DNA of 63,852 bases, counting the filler, from Octopus bimaculoides (lineage: Eukaryota), in NCBI RefSeq assembly GCF_001194135.2. It is 5 parts of 5 records of this genome, joined end to end, with 100 filler letters (N's around TTAATTAATTAA, not from the genome) between each part and the next. Parts side by side here need not be neighbours in the genome. Positions count along the whole stretch, not along the records: positions 1 to 15,170 come from NC_069003.1; 4 more parts are not named here. One strand, given 5' to 3'. The position numbers were made by a program, and so were the translations under genes. Below the pieces are notes generated by a model, which was not told where the DNA came from, did not search any database, and saw nothing but the letters and a program-made list of their open reading frames with translations. Shown here piece by piece: positions 1-12,936 of the stretch (the first letter of the stretch is position 1; each line of letters begins with the position of its first letter).

Positions 1-85
1 TTTATTTTATCGACCCCGAAAGGATGAAAGGCAAAGTTGACCTCGGCGGAATTTGAACTCAGAACGTAAAGACAGACGAAATACC
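1..85 (-). mobile_element. tRNA-SINE family with GCCTTTCATCCTTTCGGGGTCGATAAA core; other copies near 3655, 28070, 29400, 47590, 59340, 59690, 59900, 61140, 61350
   Basis: B box GAGTTCAAATTCC followed by the shared core in many dispersed copies. The core resembles my recollection of the MetaSINE central domain (unverified). Confidence 0.85.
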
Positions 86-446
86 GCCACCACCACCACT
101 ACTAGCACTACCACCACCACCACCACCACCACCACCACCACCACAACAACAACTACGATCGCTACCACCATTATCTTATCAATACCAATCCTCCACTATC
201 ACCATCACCATCACCACCACCACCACCACTACCACGATTAACAACAACAATAACAATATTAACGTCATATACAACAAATGTTGATATTGTCGGCTGGAGA
301 TTTCTCCCTCAGAATCAATTTCTCCTAAAGATTCTGAGGTTATCGATTTGTGAGTGAAGAATAGTAATTGGAAGATATCAATAAATCTAAGGATCGATCA
401 GTGTTCATCTGAGTGATAATAATACTGAGTGTGGCGGGAAGCGTGA

Positions 447-493
<47 letters not shown>

Positions 494-2893
494 NNNNNNN
501 NNNNNNNNNNNNNNNNNNNNNNNNNNNNNNNNNNNNNNNNNNNNNNNNNNNNNNNNNNNNNNNNNNNNNNNNNNNNNNNNNNNNNNNNNNNNNNNNNNNN
601 NNNNNNNNNNNNNNNNNNNNNNNNNNNNNNNNNNNNNNNNNNNNNNNNNNNNNNNNNNNNNNNNNNNNNNNNNNNNNNNNNNNNNNNNNNNNNNNNNNNN
701 NNNNNNNNNNNNNNNNNNNNNNNNNNNNNNNNNNNNNNNNNNNNNNNNNNNNNNNNNNNNNNNNNNNNNNNNNNNNNNNNNNNNNNNNNNNNNNNNNNNN
801 NNNNNNNNNNNNNNNNNNNNNNNNNNNNNNNNNNNNNNNNNNNNNNNNNNNNNNNNNNNNNNNNNNNNNNNNNNNNNNNNNNNNNNNNNNNNNNNNNNNN
901 NNNNNNNNNNNNNNNNNNNNNNNNNNNNNNNNNNNNNNNNNNNNNNNNNNNNNNNNNNNNNNNNNNNNNNNNNNNNNNNNNNNNNNNNNNNNNNNNNNNN
1001 NNNNNNNNNNNNNNNNNNNNNNNNNNNNNNNNNNNNNNNNNNNNNNNNNNNNNNNNNNNNNNNNNNNNNNNNNNNNNNNNNNNNNNNNNNNNNNNNNNNN
1101 NNNNNNNNNNNNNNNNNNNNNNNNNNNNNNNNNNNNNNNNNNNAAGAGTGAGAGAAAGTTGTGGTGGAAGAGTAAAGCAGGGTTTGCCACCATCCCTGGC
1201 CGGAGCCTCGTGGAGCTTTAGGTGTTTTCGCTAAATAAACACTCACAACGCCCGGTCGGGGAATCGAAACCGCGATCCTATGACCGCGAGTCCACTGCCC
1301 TAACCACTAGGCCATTGCGCCTCCAGATAGATAGATACAAACTATATATTCGACAGGCTTCTTTCAGTTTCCGTCTATCAAATTCACTCACAAGGCTTTG
1401 GTCGACCCAAGGCTATAGTAGAAGACACTTGCCCAAAGTGCCACGCAGTGGGACTGAATCCAGAACCACGTGGTTGGGAAGCAAGCTTCTTGCCACACAG
1501 CCACACCTGCGCCTATGTATGTATATATATATATGCGTGTGTGTGCGTGCGTGTGTGTGTGTGTGTGTGTGTTTTTTTACTAAATTCATTGACAGGACTC
1601 ATATTACCAAGCTTGGTCGTGGTGAATGTTCGTTCACTTACCAAAAGTTGTATATTTTGTCACTCATCAATCTTGCAAGCATTCTATACACAAGTAATAT
1701 AAATATCATTATAGCATATCCTACATGCATACATATGTACTTACACGCGCACACACAAACACACTCACATATTTACATGTTTAATATACGCTCACTCAAC
1801 TTGTTTCTATTTAATTTTGTTTCAAGTTGTGTATTACAATGGATCCTTTGCTACAAATGCATGATCAACCGACGAGAACGGGTCGTGTTTGTGTGTCCTA
1901 TGTAATACTTTGTTATGAAGTTTCCAATCTTGTTCCACGTTTACATTGAAGTTTCTGTATTTTTAGATATACATATGTACATACATGCATACGTATATAT
2001 ATATATATNNNNNNNNNNNNNNNNNNNNNNNNNNNNNNNNNNNNNNNNNNNNNNNNNNNNNNNNNNNNNNNNNNNNNNNNNNNNNNNNNNNNNNNNNNNN
2101 NNNNNNNNNNNNNNNNNNNNNNNNNNNNNNNNNNNNNNNNNNNNNNNNNNNNNNNNNNNNNNNNNNNNNNNNNNNNNNNNNNNNNNNNNNNNNNNNNNNN
2201 NNNNNNNNNNNNNNNNNNNNNNNNNNNNNNNNNNNNNNNNNNNNNNNNNNNNNNNNNNNNNNNNNNNNNNNNNNNNNNNNNNNNNNNNNNNNNNNNNNNN
2301 NNNNNNNNNNNNNNNNNNNNNNNNNNNNNNNNNNNNNNNNNNNNNNNNNNNNNNNNNNNNNNNNNNNNNNNNNNNNNNNNNNNNNNNNNNNNNNNNNNNN
2401 NNNNNNNNNNNNNNNNNNNNNNNNNNNNNNNNNNNNNNNNNNNNNNNNNNNNNNNNNNNNNNNNNNNNNNNNNNNNNNNNNNNNNNNNNNNNNNNNNNNN
2501 NNNNNNNNNNNNNNNNNNNNNNNNNNNNNNNNNNNNNNNNNNNNNNNNNNNNNNNNNNNNNNNNNNNNNNNNNNNNNNNNNNNNNNNNNNNNNNNNNNNN
2601 NNNNNNNNNNNNNNNNNNNNNNNNNNNNNNNNNNNNNNNNNNNNNNNNNNNNNNNNNNNNNNNNNNNNNNNNNNNNNNNNNNNNNNNNNNNNNNNNNNNN
2701 NNNNNNNNNNNNNNNNNNNNNNNNNNNNNNNNNNNNNNNNNNNNNNNNNNNNNNNNNNNNNNNNNNNNNNNNNNNNNNNNNNNNNNNNNNNNNNNNNNNN
2801 NNNNNNNNNNNNNNNNNNNNNNNNNNNNNNNNNNNNNNNNNNNNNNNNNNNNNNNNNNNNNNNNNNNNNNNNNNNNNNNNNNNNNNNNTGTAA

Positions 2894-2935
<42 letters not shown>

Positions 2936-3089
2936 TAGTAGTAGCAGCAGCAGCAGCAACAGCCAAGCTTGATGTTTATTATTAAAGTTTAAAGTTATAT
3001 TTGTCAAAAACAGTTCGGATCTGTTCTAAGAATGGGTGCAGTAGAGGGAGAGAGCAACAGAGAAAGTGAGAGAGGTAAAGCGTGAGAAG

Positions 3090-3135
<46 letters not shown>

Positions 3136-3988
3136 GAGAGAGACAGACAAACAGAGAGGGAGAGAGAGAGGGTAAATAAGGAGATTTTGCGATAGAACCC
3201 TGTAGTGCAGCCATGGGGTGAGATGTGCTCCGTACGTATTTATTTTTGCTGACGTAAAAATTGAGAAGTTCAACTGATTGATACAATGGCTTCCTGCGAG
3301 GAAGGTCACGGCAAGGAGCGCGTGTATACATACATACACATATACGTGCACAATATTTAATATTAATAGTAACTGTTTATTTCGAAGTCTCGCTGATAAA
3401 ACTGGCTTATCACAACCGTCTATATGTGTAAGTGTGTATGTATATGTATATGTACATAAATATGTTATATATGTTTCTATGAATGTAAGTATTACGTACG
3501 TATGTATGTATGTATGTATGCGTATATATGTATATGTACATATGTATGTATGCATACACACACATATACACGCGCGCGCACACAGAATTTAGTCTGCGAG
3601 TAGATAGTTTTCTTTGTGAGTTGAATATAATGCCGTGCAATGTTGCTTTTGACTTCACGTTCTGAGTTCAAAACACGTCAGGATCATCTTTGCCTTTCAG
3701 CTTTCCAGGGTCGGTCGTTGATGTATCAGTACTAGGAGTCGGTTGTTGCTCTTGTTGTTGTTGTTGTTTGTGCAGCCGAGGATTGCTTTGCATTTTACAT
3801 TTGATGTAATGTTCACATTGCTTAAATAAATGGAGTCGCATGAAACGATCGTATTGCGTTAACTTTGGATACCCTTGTCGCTTATTTCCATTTTAATCAC
3901 CTTATTTTGGAATTGTATGGATAATACCATACTTAATTCTGGTGCCTAAACTTAAGTACCATATTCACCTTGAATCTAAATTTATATG

Positions 3989-4022
<34 letters not shown>

Positions 4023-7000
4023 TATATATCTTTTACAACGGTGAAACTAGAAGCAGGTAAAGCTATATATTATAGTGTGTAAATATTTTCCTTTTACAGA
4101 AAGTGATTTTAAATCCGATATTTACAGCTGTTATATACAGCTTCATCTATTTCGAGTTTCAACGTTCCAAAAAAAAAATTNNNNNNNNNNNNNNNNNNNN
4201 NNNNNNNNNNNNNNNNNNNNNNNNNNNNNNNNNNNNNNNNNNNNNNNNNNNNNNNNNNNNNNNNNNNNNNNNNNNNNNNNNNNNNNNNNNNNNNNNNNNN
4301 NNNNNNNNNNNNNNNNNNNNNNNNNNNNNNNNNNNNNNNNNNNNNNNNNNNNNNNNNNNNNNNNNNNNNNNNNNNNNNNNNNNNNNNNNNNNNNNNNNNN
4401 NNNNNNNNNNNNNNNNNNNNNNNNNNNNNNNNNNNNNNNNNNNNNNNNNNNNNNNNNNNNNNNNNNNNNNNNNNNNNNNNNNNNNNNNNNNNNNNNNNNN
4501 NNNNNNNNNNNNNNNNNNNNNNNNNNNNNNNNNNNNNNNNNNNNNNNNNNNNNNNNNNNNNNNNNNNNNNNNNNNNNNNNNNNNNNNNNNNNNNNNNNNN
4601 NNNNNNNNNNNNNNNNNNNNNNNNNNNNNNNNNNNNNNNNNNNNNNNNNNNNNNNNNNNNNNNNNNNNNNNNNNNNNNNNNNNNNNNNNNNNNNNNNNNN
4701 NNNNNNNNNNNNNNNNNNNNNNNNNNNNNNNNNNNNNNNNNNNNNNNNNNNNNNNNNNNNNNNNNNNNNNNNNNNNNNNNNNNNNNNNNNNNNNNNNNNN
4801 NNNNNNNNNNNNNNNNNNNNNNNNNNNNNNNNNNNNNNNNNNNNNNNNNNNNTATATATACTTACATGCACACGCATATGCATACATATGCAAACATATA
4901 TATCTATGTAATTAAATGCGTATATATATGTTTTCTTTTTGTTGTGGGTGTATATGTTTTTCTTATATTCTTCTTCTGCTTATTGTTGTTATTCTTGCTG
5001 CTGCAGTTGTAATCGCTCCTGCTGCTTCCTTTTATAATTCCATTCTTTCAACCTACAACCGCTACACCATTTCAGGAATTCCCACTACAAACTTGTACAC
5101 CAAATCCCTCGTATTTACATAACAATCTCACCTATTTCTACCCCGTGTCCCACCCCGACCATTCTCAGCCCCCACGGTTGCCACACTTCCCATACTTGAG
5201 TTGTTGACCATGTTTTTCAACATCTGTTGACATGAACGAGGGTGAAAACGTAGGGCGTTTCCCAACAATAACGAGAAAGAAGTCTCTTACAGCTGTTCGA
5301 GTAAATTCTACGCATGTATATCAAAAACCACTTAGTAATGTCTCAGGGAATCTGAGTACAGTTGATGAACCTTGCTGTAAGAAATATGGAGAAATGTAGC
5401 GATAAGGGCGTAGCTGTATGGGTAACCATTTCACTTTGAAACCACGTGGTTTCTCGCTCGGTCCCACTCTGTGGCATCTTGGAGAAAAAAGAGTCACACG
5501 CTATATACTTAGCTAACCAATGCTTCGTAAAATTAGTCTTGGAGGAAATTGTGCTGAATCCCATTGTATATATGCGTTAAGCATCAGAATGCGAAATTAT
5601 TGGTGAAGAAAACATAGATGGAACAAGAACGTAACAGGCGACAATAAAGTATCCGGACAGTTAGATGATGCTAAAAAGGACATATATATAATGATAAAAT
5701 CTCCTTTCAGCCATGCAGGAACATGAGATCACGCCTAGAAAGTTCCCTTCCGAGTCAAAGTTGTTTGTGGAAGACCAGCCGTCGCCCTTGCATAACAGCC
5801 TTCCCTTCTCTACGTCACCGATGTTATTCAAGGGAAGGGCAAACACCAAGGGAAGAAAAAATCGCCAACAGTCCATATGTGGTTACAATGAATATACCTA
5901 TGCATATNNNNNNNNNNNNNNNNNNNNNNNNNNNNNNNNNNNNNNNNNNNNNNNNNNNNNNNNNNNNNNNNNNNNNNNNNNNNNNNNNNNNNNNNNNNNN
6001 NNNNNNNNNNNNNNNNNNNNNNNNNNNNNNNNNNNNNNNNNNNNNNNNNNNNNNNNNNNNNNNNNNNNNNNNNNNNNNNNNNNNNNNNNNNNNNNNNNNN
6101 NNNNNNNNNNNNNNNNNNNNNNNNNNNNNNNNNNNNNNNNNNNNNNNNNNNNNNNNNNNNNNNNNNNNNNNNNNNNNNNNNNNNNNNNNNNNNNNNNNNN
6201 NNNNNNNNNNNNNNNNNNNNNNNNNNNNNNNNNNNNNNNNNNNNNNNNNNNNNNNNNNNNNNNNNNNNNNNNNNNNNNNNNNNNNNNNNNNNNNNNNNNN
6301 NNNNNNNNNNNNNNNNNNNNNNNNNNNNNNNNNNNNNNNNNNNNNNNNNNNNNNNNNNNNNNNNNNNNNNNNNNNNNNNNNNNNNNNNNNNNNNNNNNNN
6401 NNNNNNNNNNNNNNNNNNNNNNNNNNNNNNNNNNNNNNNNNNNNNNNNNNNNNNNNNNNNNNNNNNNNNNNNNNNNNNNNNNNNNNNNNNNNNNNNNNNN
6501 NNNNNNNNNNNNNNNNNNNNNNNNNNNNNNNNNNNNNNNNNNNNNNNNNNNNNNNNNNNNNNNNNNNNNNNNNNNNNNNNNNNNNNNNNNNNNNNNNNNN
6601 NNNNNNNNNNNNNNNNNNNNNNNNNNNNNNNNNNNNNNNNNNNNNNNNNNNNNNNNNNNNNNNNNNNNNNNNNNNNNNNNNNNNNNNNNNNNNNNNNNNN
6701 NNNNNNNNNNNNNNNNNNNNNNNNNNNNNNNNNNNNNNNNNNNNNNNNNNNNNNNNNNNNNNNNNNNNNNNNNNNNNNNNNNNNNNNNNNNNNNNNNNNN
6801 NNNNNNNNNNNNNNNNNNNNGTCCACAAAGTCTGGGTACATGGGGATTAACACATAATTTAAGAAATTATTATTTCTTATATTTAATTGTTTATGTTATG
6901 ATTTTATTTACTCCATATACCTTGTGGCCAAGTAACGCTGCGATGGATTGGCGTTCCGTCCAGCTGGGGGGAACACATACGCCATTGAAACCGGGAAACT

Positions 7001-7610
7001 GGGCTCATGAGCTTGGCTAGGCTTTAAAAGGGCGCAGTGAAGGCGCAATGGCTCAGTAGTTAGGGCAGCGGACTGGCGATCGGCGGATCACGGTTTCGAT
7101 TCCTAGACCGGGTGTTGTGTGTGTTTATTGAGCGAAAACACCTAAAGCTCTACAAGGCTCTGGCAGGGGGTGGTGGTGAACTCTGCTGTACTCTTTCGCC
7201 CCAACTTTCTCTCACTCTTTCTTCCTGTTTCTTGAGTAACGCTGCGATGGACTGGCGTCCCGTCCAGCTAGTGGAAGGAACACATACGCCATAGAAACCG
7301 GGAAACCGGGCCCATGAGCCTGGCTAGGCTTTAAAAGGGCGCATAAATAAATAAATATATCTATGTATGAATGTATTTATATAAATAAGGATAAGATCGG
7401 TATTTAAAATATTGATCTTATCAAGTGGTCAGCATGGGAATAAAAACCATCAAAGGTAATAATTATTTAAAATTATAATACAGGGTATCAAGAGATACCA
7501 CCACGCTGAAAAAATAGCAGTCAAATCCTGACTCCAAAACCACAATAAATGTCCGCAAGGCACGATTAGCGAAGACGAAGACCAAATAAACCAGTAAAAA
7601 TAATAAGATA

Positions 7611-7666
7611 ATTTCAAATCCTGGATTTCTGGCTTTGCATAAATGCTCTGCCTTCATCAGTGAAAT
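7611..7666 (-). ncRNA. Type I hammerhead-like motif, one defect at position 11.1
   Basis: AUUUCA-CUGAUGA-A-GGC-aga-GCAU-uu-AUGC-aaa-GCC-A-GAAA-UCC-a-GGA-UU^-UGAAAU. Confidence 0.55.
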
Positions 7667-8087
7667 ATACTCAAGTACATAAATACAAATACATGTATAT
7701 AAACAGTATACTTACATATACGGACGTATACATACATATATATACACTTATGCACACGACTAGCTTAAATAGCCCGCCTAAACAACTTCTGTATGTATGT
7801 ATGTATGTATTTTCCATAAATTAGCATTTCGGTAAATAACGATCGATAAGATAACAGCCAGACTTTAAAGTAAATACTAAGGTCGATATGATCGATTGAA
7901 AAGCCTTTGAAGGCAGTTCCCCAGCATGGAATCAGTTAATGTCAGAGAATTCCTTGCAATTACTTTAATTACGCATATCTAAATATTTCATGTAAATGAA
8001 AATTGAAATGATTTAAATAATTGGAAAAAAATTTATCGTTGATAATACCAACTGCTTATTCCTAAGATTGTACACATTGCTCCGATC

Positions 8088-8088
<1 letters not shown>

Positions 8089-8118
<30 letters not shown>

Positions 8119-8252
8119 CTTCTTCTTCTTCTTCTTCTTCTTCTTCTTCTTCTTCTTCTTCTTCTTCTTCTTCTTCTTCTTCTTCTTCTTCTTCTTCTTC
8201 TTCTTCTTCTTCTTCTTCTTCTTCTTCTTCTTCTTCTTCTTCTTCTTCTTCT
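8089..8252. repeat. Pure (CTT)n microsatellite, about 54 units
   Basis: Direct reading; explains the poly-R/L ORF calls. Confidence 0.98.
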
Positions 8253-9914
8253 CCTCCTCCTCCTCCTCCTCATCATCATCCTGTTGTTGTTACCACCACC
8301 ACCACCAACGAAAGTAGAAAGGGCTCTTTAAAATATACGGCGAAAAAAATCCAGCATGTAACCAATGGCAAGCAGTTCGATTCCCTGCTGGAGTGAAAAG
8401 TTTGTTCACTTCCCCATGTGTAGTAGAAAAAACAAAATTGAGGTTAAGAGTACTATGTGTTCCACTAGAGGTGAATATCTAGTGGGTCTAGACTGTGTTG
8501 TTCTGGAAGGGAGCGATGCCTTGCTGGTTGTCAAAATATCGTGGGACCAGACTGATGATTCTTCTCTAATTTAAGTCCTAACACATATAAAGGACATCAG
8601 ACCTCATCTCCCTGCCTAACGGAGTGGAACTGCAAGACATGGTGACAGGAGACCGAGGTGCTACTTATGTAGCTAAACCGATCATTTGAGAATTTCTGCT
8701 CACACAACCAAAACAAGATATGGGGTAGGGAAGGCACCACCGCTGCCATTACCATCACGAGAACAAGAAGAAGAACAACAACAATGACAACAACAGAGTG
8801 CAATAATAGAGTGCAATAACAGAGTGCAGCAGCAACAACATTAGGTATAACACCAACAGCAACAGCAGAAGAGATACCTACACTGCAGCAGCAGTAATAC
8901 CAAAAGCATTAATTGCGTCTAAGTCGTCTGCAGAAGCAGCTGCACTGGCGACAGCACAGAAAGAATGCATCGCAAAAATTGTCAACCATGGGAGATCCCA
9001 ACTCAATACACACACACACACATACACACACACACACACACACACTCGCACACTCATACACACACGCATACACACACCGACTCGCACACACGTTCTCGCA
9101 CTCTCTCCTTCGTTCTCCCCTTCTTGTATACAAATATAGTCGCACACATACAGACATACACATCCAGACAGATACACACGCGCAGGCTCACAATCAAACA
9201 TATACACGCAGATAAACACAAACATAGACACACGCACAGATACACATGCACAGACACACACACAGACATACACACGCACACGAAAACATAGCCCTACTTA
9301 GCGACCTCATCTTGTGATTAGAAGGGGAAAAAACCACAAGAAAGTAGAAAAAAAAAGGCAAAAAATAAAATAGAAATAGAAAAAAAAACACACGCATACG
9401 ACAACAGTGCCAACACTGCACCAACACCAAACATAACTAACTTTAAAACAACAAATACATCACCATCATCACCACCCTTATCACCACCCCTATCACCACC
9501 ATCATCATCAGCAGCACCCTTATCACCACAACCACCACCACCACCACCACCACAACCTCTACATCCACGAAAAGCAACAAAAAGAAAACACAAACACAAT
9601 AGCAAAGGCACGAAGGTGACACCAATAGACGTGTATAGAAAAAAAGCGTAACAACAATCCGAAAAACACTCTCAACAACAATTACGACAGCAGCAACAAC
9701 AATAACAACAACGACATCAACAAATTGCCTCCATATCCATCTTTGTGCAAGTAAGATGCGAAAATAAATGACTGTTGAATTACACCAGTGGTTGCCAAAT
9801 GGAGTTCACAAGAACCTTTGCAGTCCATATAAGATTTTGTTAAAATATATGTTTTAATTAATTGCTTATTTTTATACGATATGCGAAATATTCTATTTTT
9901 TTTTAATACGATTA

Positions 9915-10231
9915 TAGGCGCAGGCGTGGCTGTGTTGTAAGAGACTTACTTCCCAACCATATGGCTCCGTGTTCAGTTCCACTGTGTGGCACCTCTCCTA
10001 TTATAGCCTCGGGCCGACCAAAGCCTTGAGAGTGGATTTGGTAGACGGAAACTGAAACAAGCCCGTAGTATATATATATGTATATATCGTTTTTCTCCTC
10101 ATATTCCTTTCTGTTGAAGAGCGTAGGCTCGAAACATAAAAAACTTTTTCATTTTTCCCAAGCGTCAAACTAATACATTTGCTTGTTGTTTATACACCTG
10201 TCTTTGTCTTTTGTTTTTCTATAAGTTTCAA

Positions 10232-10274
<43 letters not shown>

Positions 10275-10500
10275 CATGTGTCTGCGTGTGTGTGTGTTTG
10301 TCCCCACCACCGCTTGACAACCGGTGTTGATTTGTTTACATCCCCATAACTTAACGATTCGGCAAAAGAGACCGATAGAATAAGCACTAGGCTTATAAGA
10401 AAGTACTGAGGTTGATACATTCGACTAAAAACTCTTCAAGGCGGTGCCCCAGCTTGGCCGCAGTGTAATAACTGAAACAAATAAAAAGATAGAAAAATTC
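9915..10500 (+). mobile_element. Composite tRNA-SINE (ACTATAGCC..GGCCGACCAAAGCCTTG family); relatives near 1350, 30075, 37780, 46490-46850, 48630-48970
   Basis: tRNA-like head, shared body, (TA)n/(TG)n linkers and shared tail ...GCGGTGCCCCAGC.TGGCCGCAGT...TGAAACAA. Confidence 0.8.
10108..10141 (+). ncRNA. Degenerate hammerhead relic inside a composite SINE
   Basis: UUU-CUGUUGA-A-GAGC-guag-GCUC-GAAA-C-AUA-AAA; A6U and G16.2A deviations. Confidence 0.35.
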
Positions 10501-10579
10501 CTAATAATATTATTTGATCTTAGATATGAACATTAGCAAGTTGGTGCCTTCAGACAAATAATTTTCTCCGCCCTAACAG

Positions 10580-10776
10580 GCGCGATAGGTTAGATTTCAT
10601 CCTTTAGTACTAATGGGCGACTGGAACATCTTGGATGTGGGGTGCAAACTGTGTTGGGAGTTTCCAATTGTCTGACACGTATCGACTGGATTTCCCGAAT
10701 GCGCCATTATGGCCATGGACCAACAGCAATGGGTCATCTAAACTGTATCTGGATAAAGTATTCTGCAGTCCAGCAG
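10580..10776 (+). pseudogene. Probable pseudogene exon (RDRLDFIL*Y*WATGTSWMWGANCVGSFQLSDTYRLDFPNAPLWPWTNSNGSSKLYLDKVFCSPA), family unknown
   Basis: Acceptor ttttctccgccctaacag|, strong donor CAG|gtaagt. In-frame TAG at 10605-10607 and TAA at 10611-10613. The phase-1 end matches the 11191 exon. Confidence 0.45.
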
Positions 10777-11190
10777 GTAAGTAAAGCATAGATTATTCAC
10801 AGTTCAAAGTGGTCGGCTACGCAGACCAAACATTTGTGATCTGTATGGTGGACTTAGATAGGCTTCATAGGCCGTGTTGTGTATACTGTAAGCTAAACAT
10901 GTCTTTCCCAACACACCAAGCTTAGAGAGACCAGATTAGAAAGTTAGTTTAGCGGGAGTCGACAGTGCCATTCTTTTACCATTGTGGCTAACCTTGAAAA
11001 GAGTTATTAACGTCGGTAAGGTTTAGTGACGAAATTTTGAAATTAAATTCTGTACTAGAGAAAAATATACTCCCCACCCTGACTGGGAATTTCATTGTTG
11101 ATTTAAAAAAAATCTATTACAGTTTTTATTGTTTATAATAAATAAATCTATATAAACCCCTACCGTACTTTGTTTCGTCCTAAATTGCAG

Positions 11191-11363
11191 AAAACGCTCT
11201 GCAGCATTTACGACCAGACTTCGAGTCCTTGAGGACTTGAGATTCCTATTATCTTAGCCTTGAAAGTGATGAAATGAAAGAGGAAGAGTGTCACCTGATG
11301 GAATTTGATACTGATAGTGCTGGTGAGGTGTTCGATCCTAATGGCCCCCACTTCATCCCTTAG
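11191..11363 (+). pseudogene. Probable terminal exon of the same pseudogene (ENALQHLRPDFESLRT*DSYYLSLESDEMKEEECHLMEFDTDSAGEVFDPNGPHFIP*)
   Basis: Acceptor tttgtttcgtcctaaattgcag|. In-frame TGA at 11238-11240, then the frame stays open 40 more codons to TAG. AATAAA about 95 nt downstream. Confidence 0.45.
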
Positions 11364-11934
11364 CAAAATGAGTTACTGTATCAATGCTGGATATCATTCT
11401 CAACACATCGATTCTATGTATCGATGAGTATTTCAATTCAAAAAGCAACAATAATAATAAATAAAATACTTTAAAAAAAAAAATTGCCACTTGCCAAAAT
11501 CAACAAAACTATAGAAATTGGCAGAAAAGAAATGGGAAAATCAGAAATAAAAGACAAGCTTTTGGCACCAATTCTTGATCATTGTGTATTTTAGAGGTTC
11601 ATATTTCTCTTCATTGTGCTCTGGTGGAATTACATGATATGTATGTATGTATGTAGGTATGTATGTATGTATGTATGAGAGAGGAAGAGAGAGAGAGGGG
11701 TGGGGAGGGGAGAGTAGTTTAGAGTGCATCGCTTTAGTACAAAATGAAATGACATTGGGTGGAATGAAAACCTAGTGGTTATGTAGGGAGAAAGAGGGGG
11801 GAGGGAAGAGATTCGAGATAGGGGATTAGAGTAGTAGGGGATGAAGAGGAGAGAGAAGTGGCAGAAGTAGCATCATTATTGTTTTGTGTTGCGCCCCCCT
11901 ACCTCATCCATCGCCTTGGTGGCAAATAAAAGAC

Positions 11935-12380
11935 ATCATCATCATCATCATTATAATCATTATTATTATTATTATTATTAGTAGTAGTAGTAGTAGTAGT
12001 AGTAGAAGTATTATTATTATTATTATTAGTAGTAGTAGTAGTAGTAGAAGTAGTAGTAGTAGTAGAAGAAGAAGAAGAAGAAGAAGAAGAAGAAGAAGAA
12101 GAAGAAGAAGAAGAAGAAGAAGAAGAAGAAGAAGAAGAAGAAGAAGAAGAAGAAGAAAGTTGGGGAATAGGAGGAAGAGGTGGGAGGGAAGGGAGAGGAG
12201 GAACCGGCAGAAGAGAAGGAAGAAGAGGGGAGAGTGAGAAGAAGAAGAAGAAGAAGAAGAAGAAGAAGAAGAAGAAGAAGAAGAAGAAGAAGACACGAAG
12301 TTGCGAAGAAGCTGTCATGAAGAAAAGAGGAGCACAACAACAACAACAACAGCAACAGCGACAACAAAAGCAACAACAAT
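11935..12380. repeat. Compound trinucleotide microsatellite ATC/ATT/AGT/AAG/AAC
   Basis: Direct reading. Confidence 0.95.
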
Positions 12381-12648
12381 GTGTAAAAGAGAAGATTATT
12401 AAACTAAATCAACAGAGTGGAAAGAGCAAAGAGTCAAGAGATGCGGAGGCAGATCAATAAGTGGGGGGCAGGGGCTGTTTTTTTCGTTTTTAGCTTTTGG
12501 TTTTCCTTTTTTATTTCATTATTATTATTAGTTTTCTGTTCTTTTTCTTTTTTACTGAAGAACTGATACCAGGAATGTTATTAAGTACTTCTCAATATGG
12601 TTTCAATAGTTTTCGCTCATATGTATATNNNNNNNNNNNNNNNNNNNN

Positions 12649-12683
<35 letters not shown>

Positions 12684-12904
12684 ATGTGTGTGTATGAGTG
12701 CGTGTGTGATTGGTGTGCATTTATGCATAAATGCATACACACAGGCATATATATATACATACATACATATATATATCTGTGTATATATATATGTACATAT
12801 ATATATAATATATATACGCATATATATATGTATATATATATATATTACATATATCTATATACATAGATATATATACATATACACATATGTATAAGTGTCT
12901 ATCT

Positions 12905-12936
<32 letters not shown>

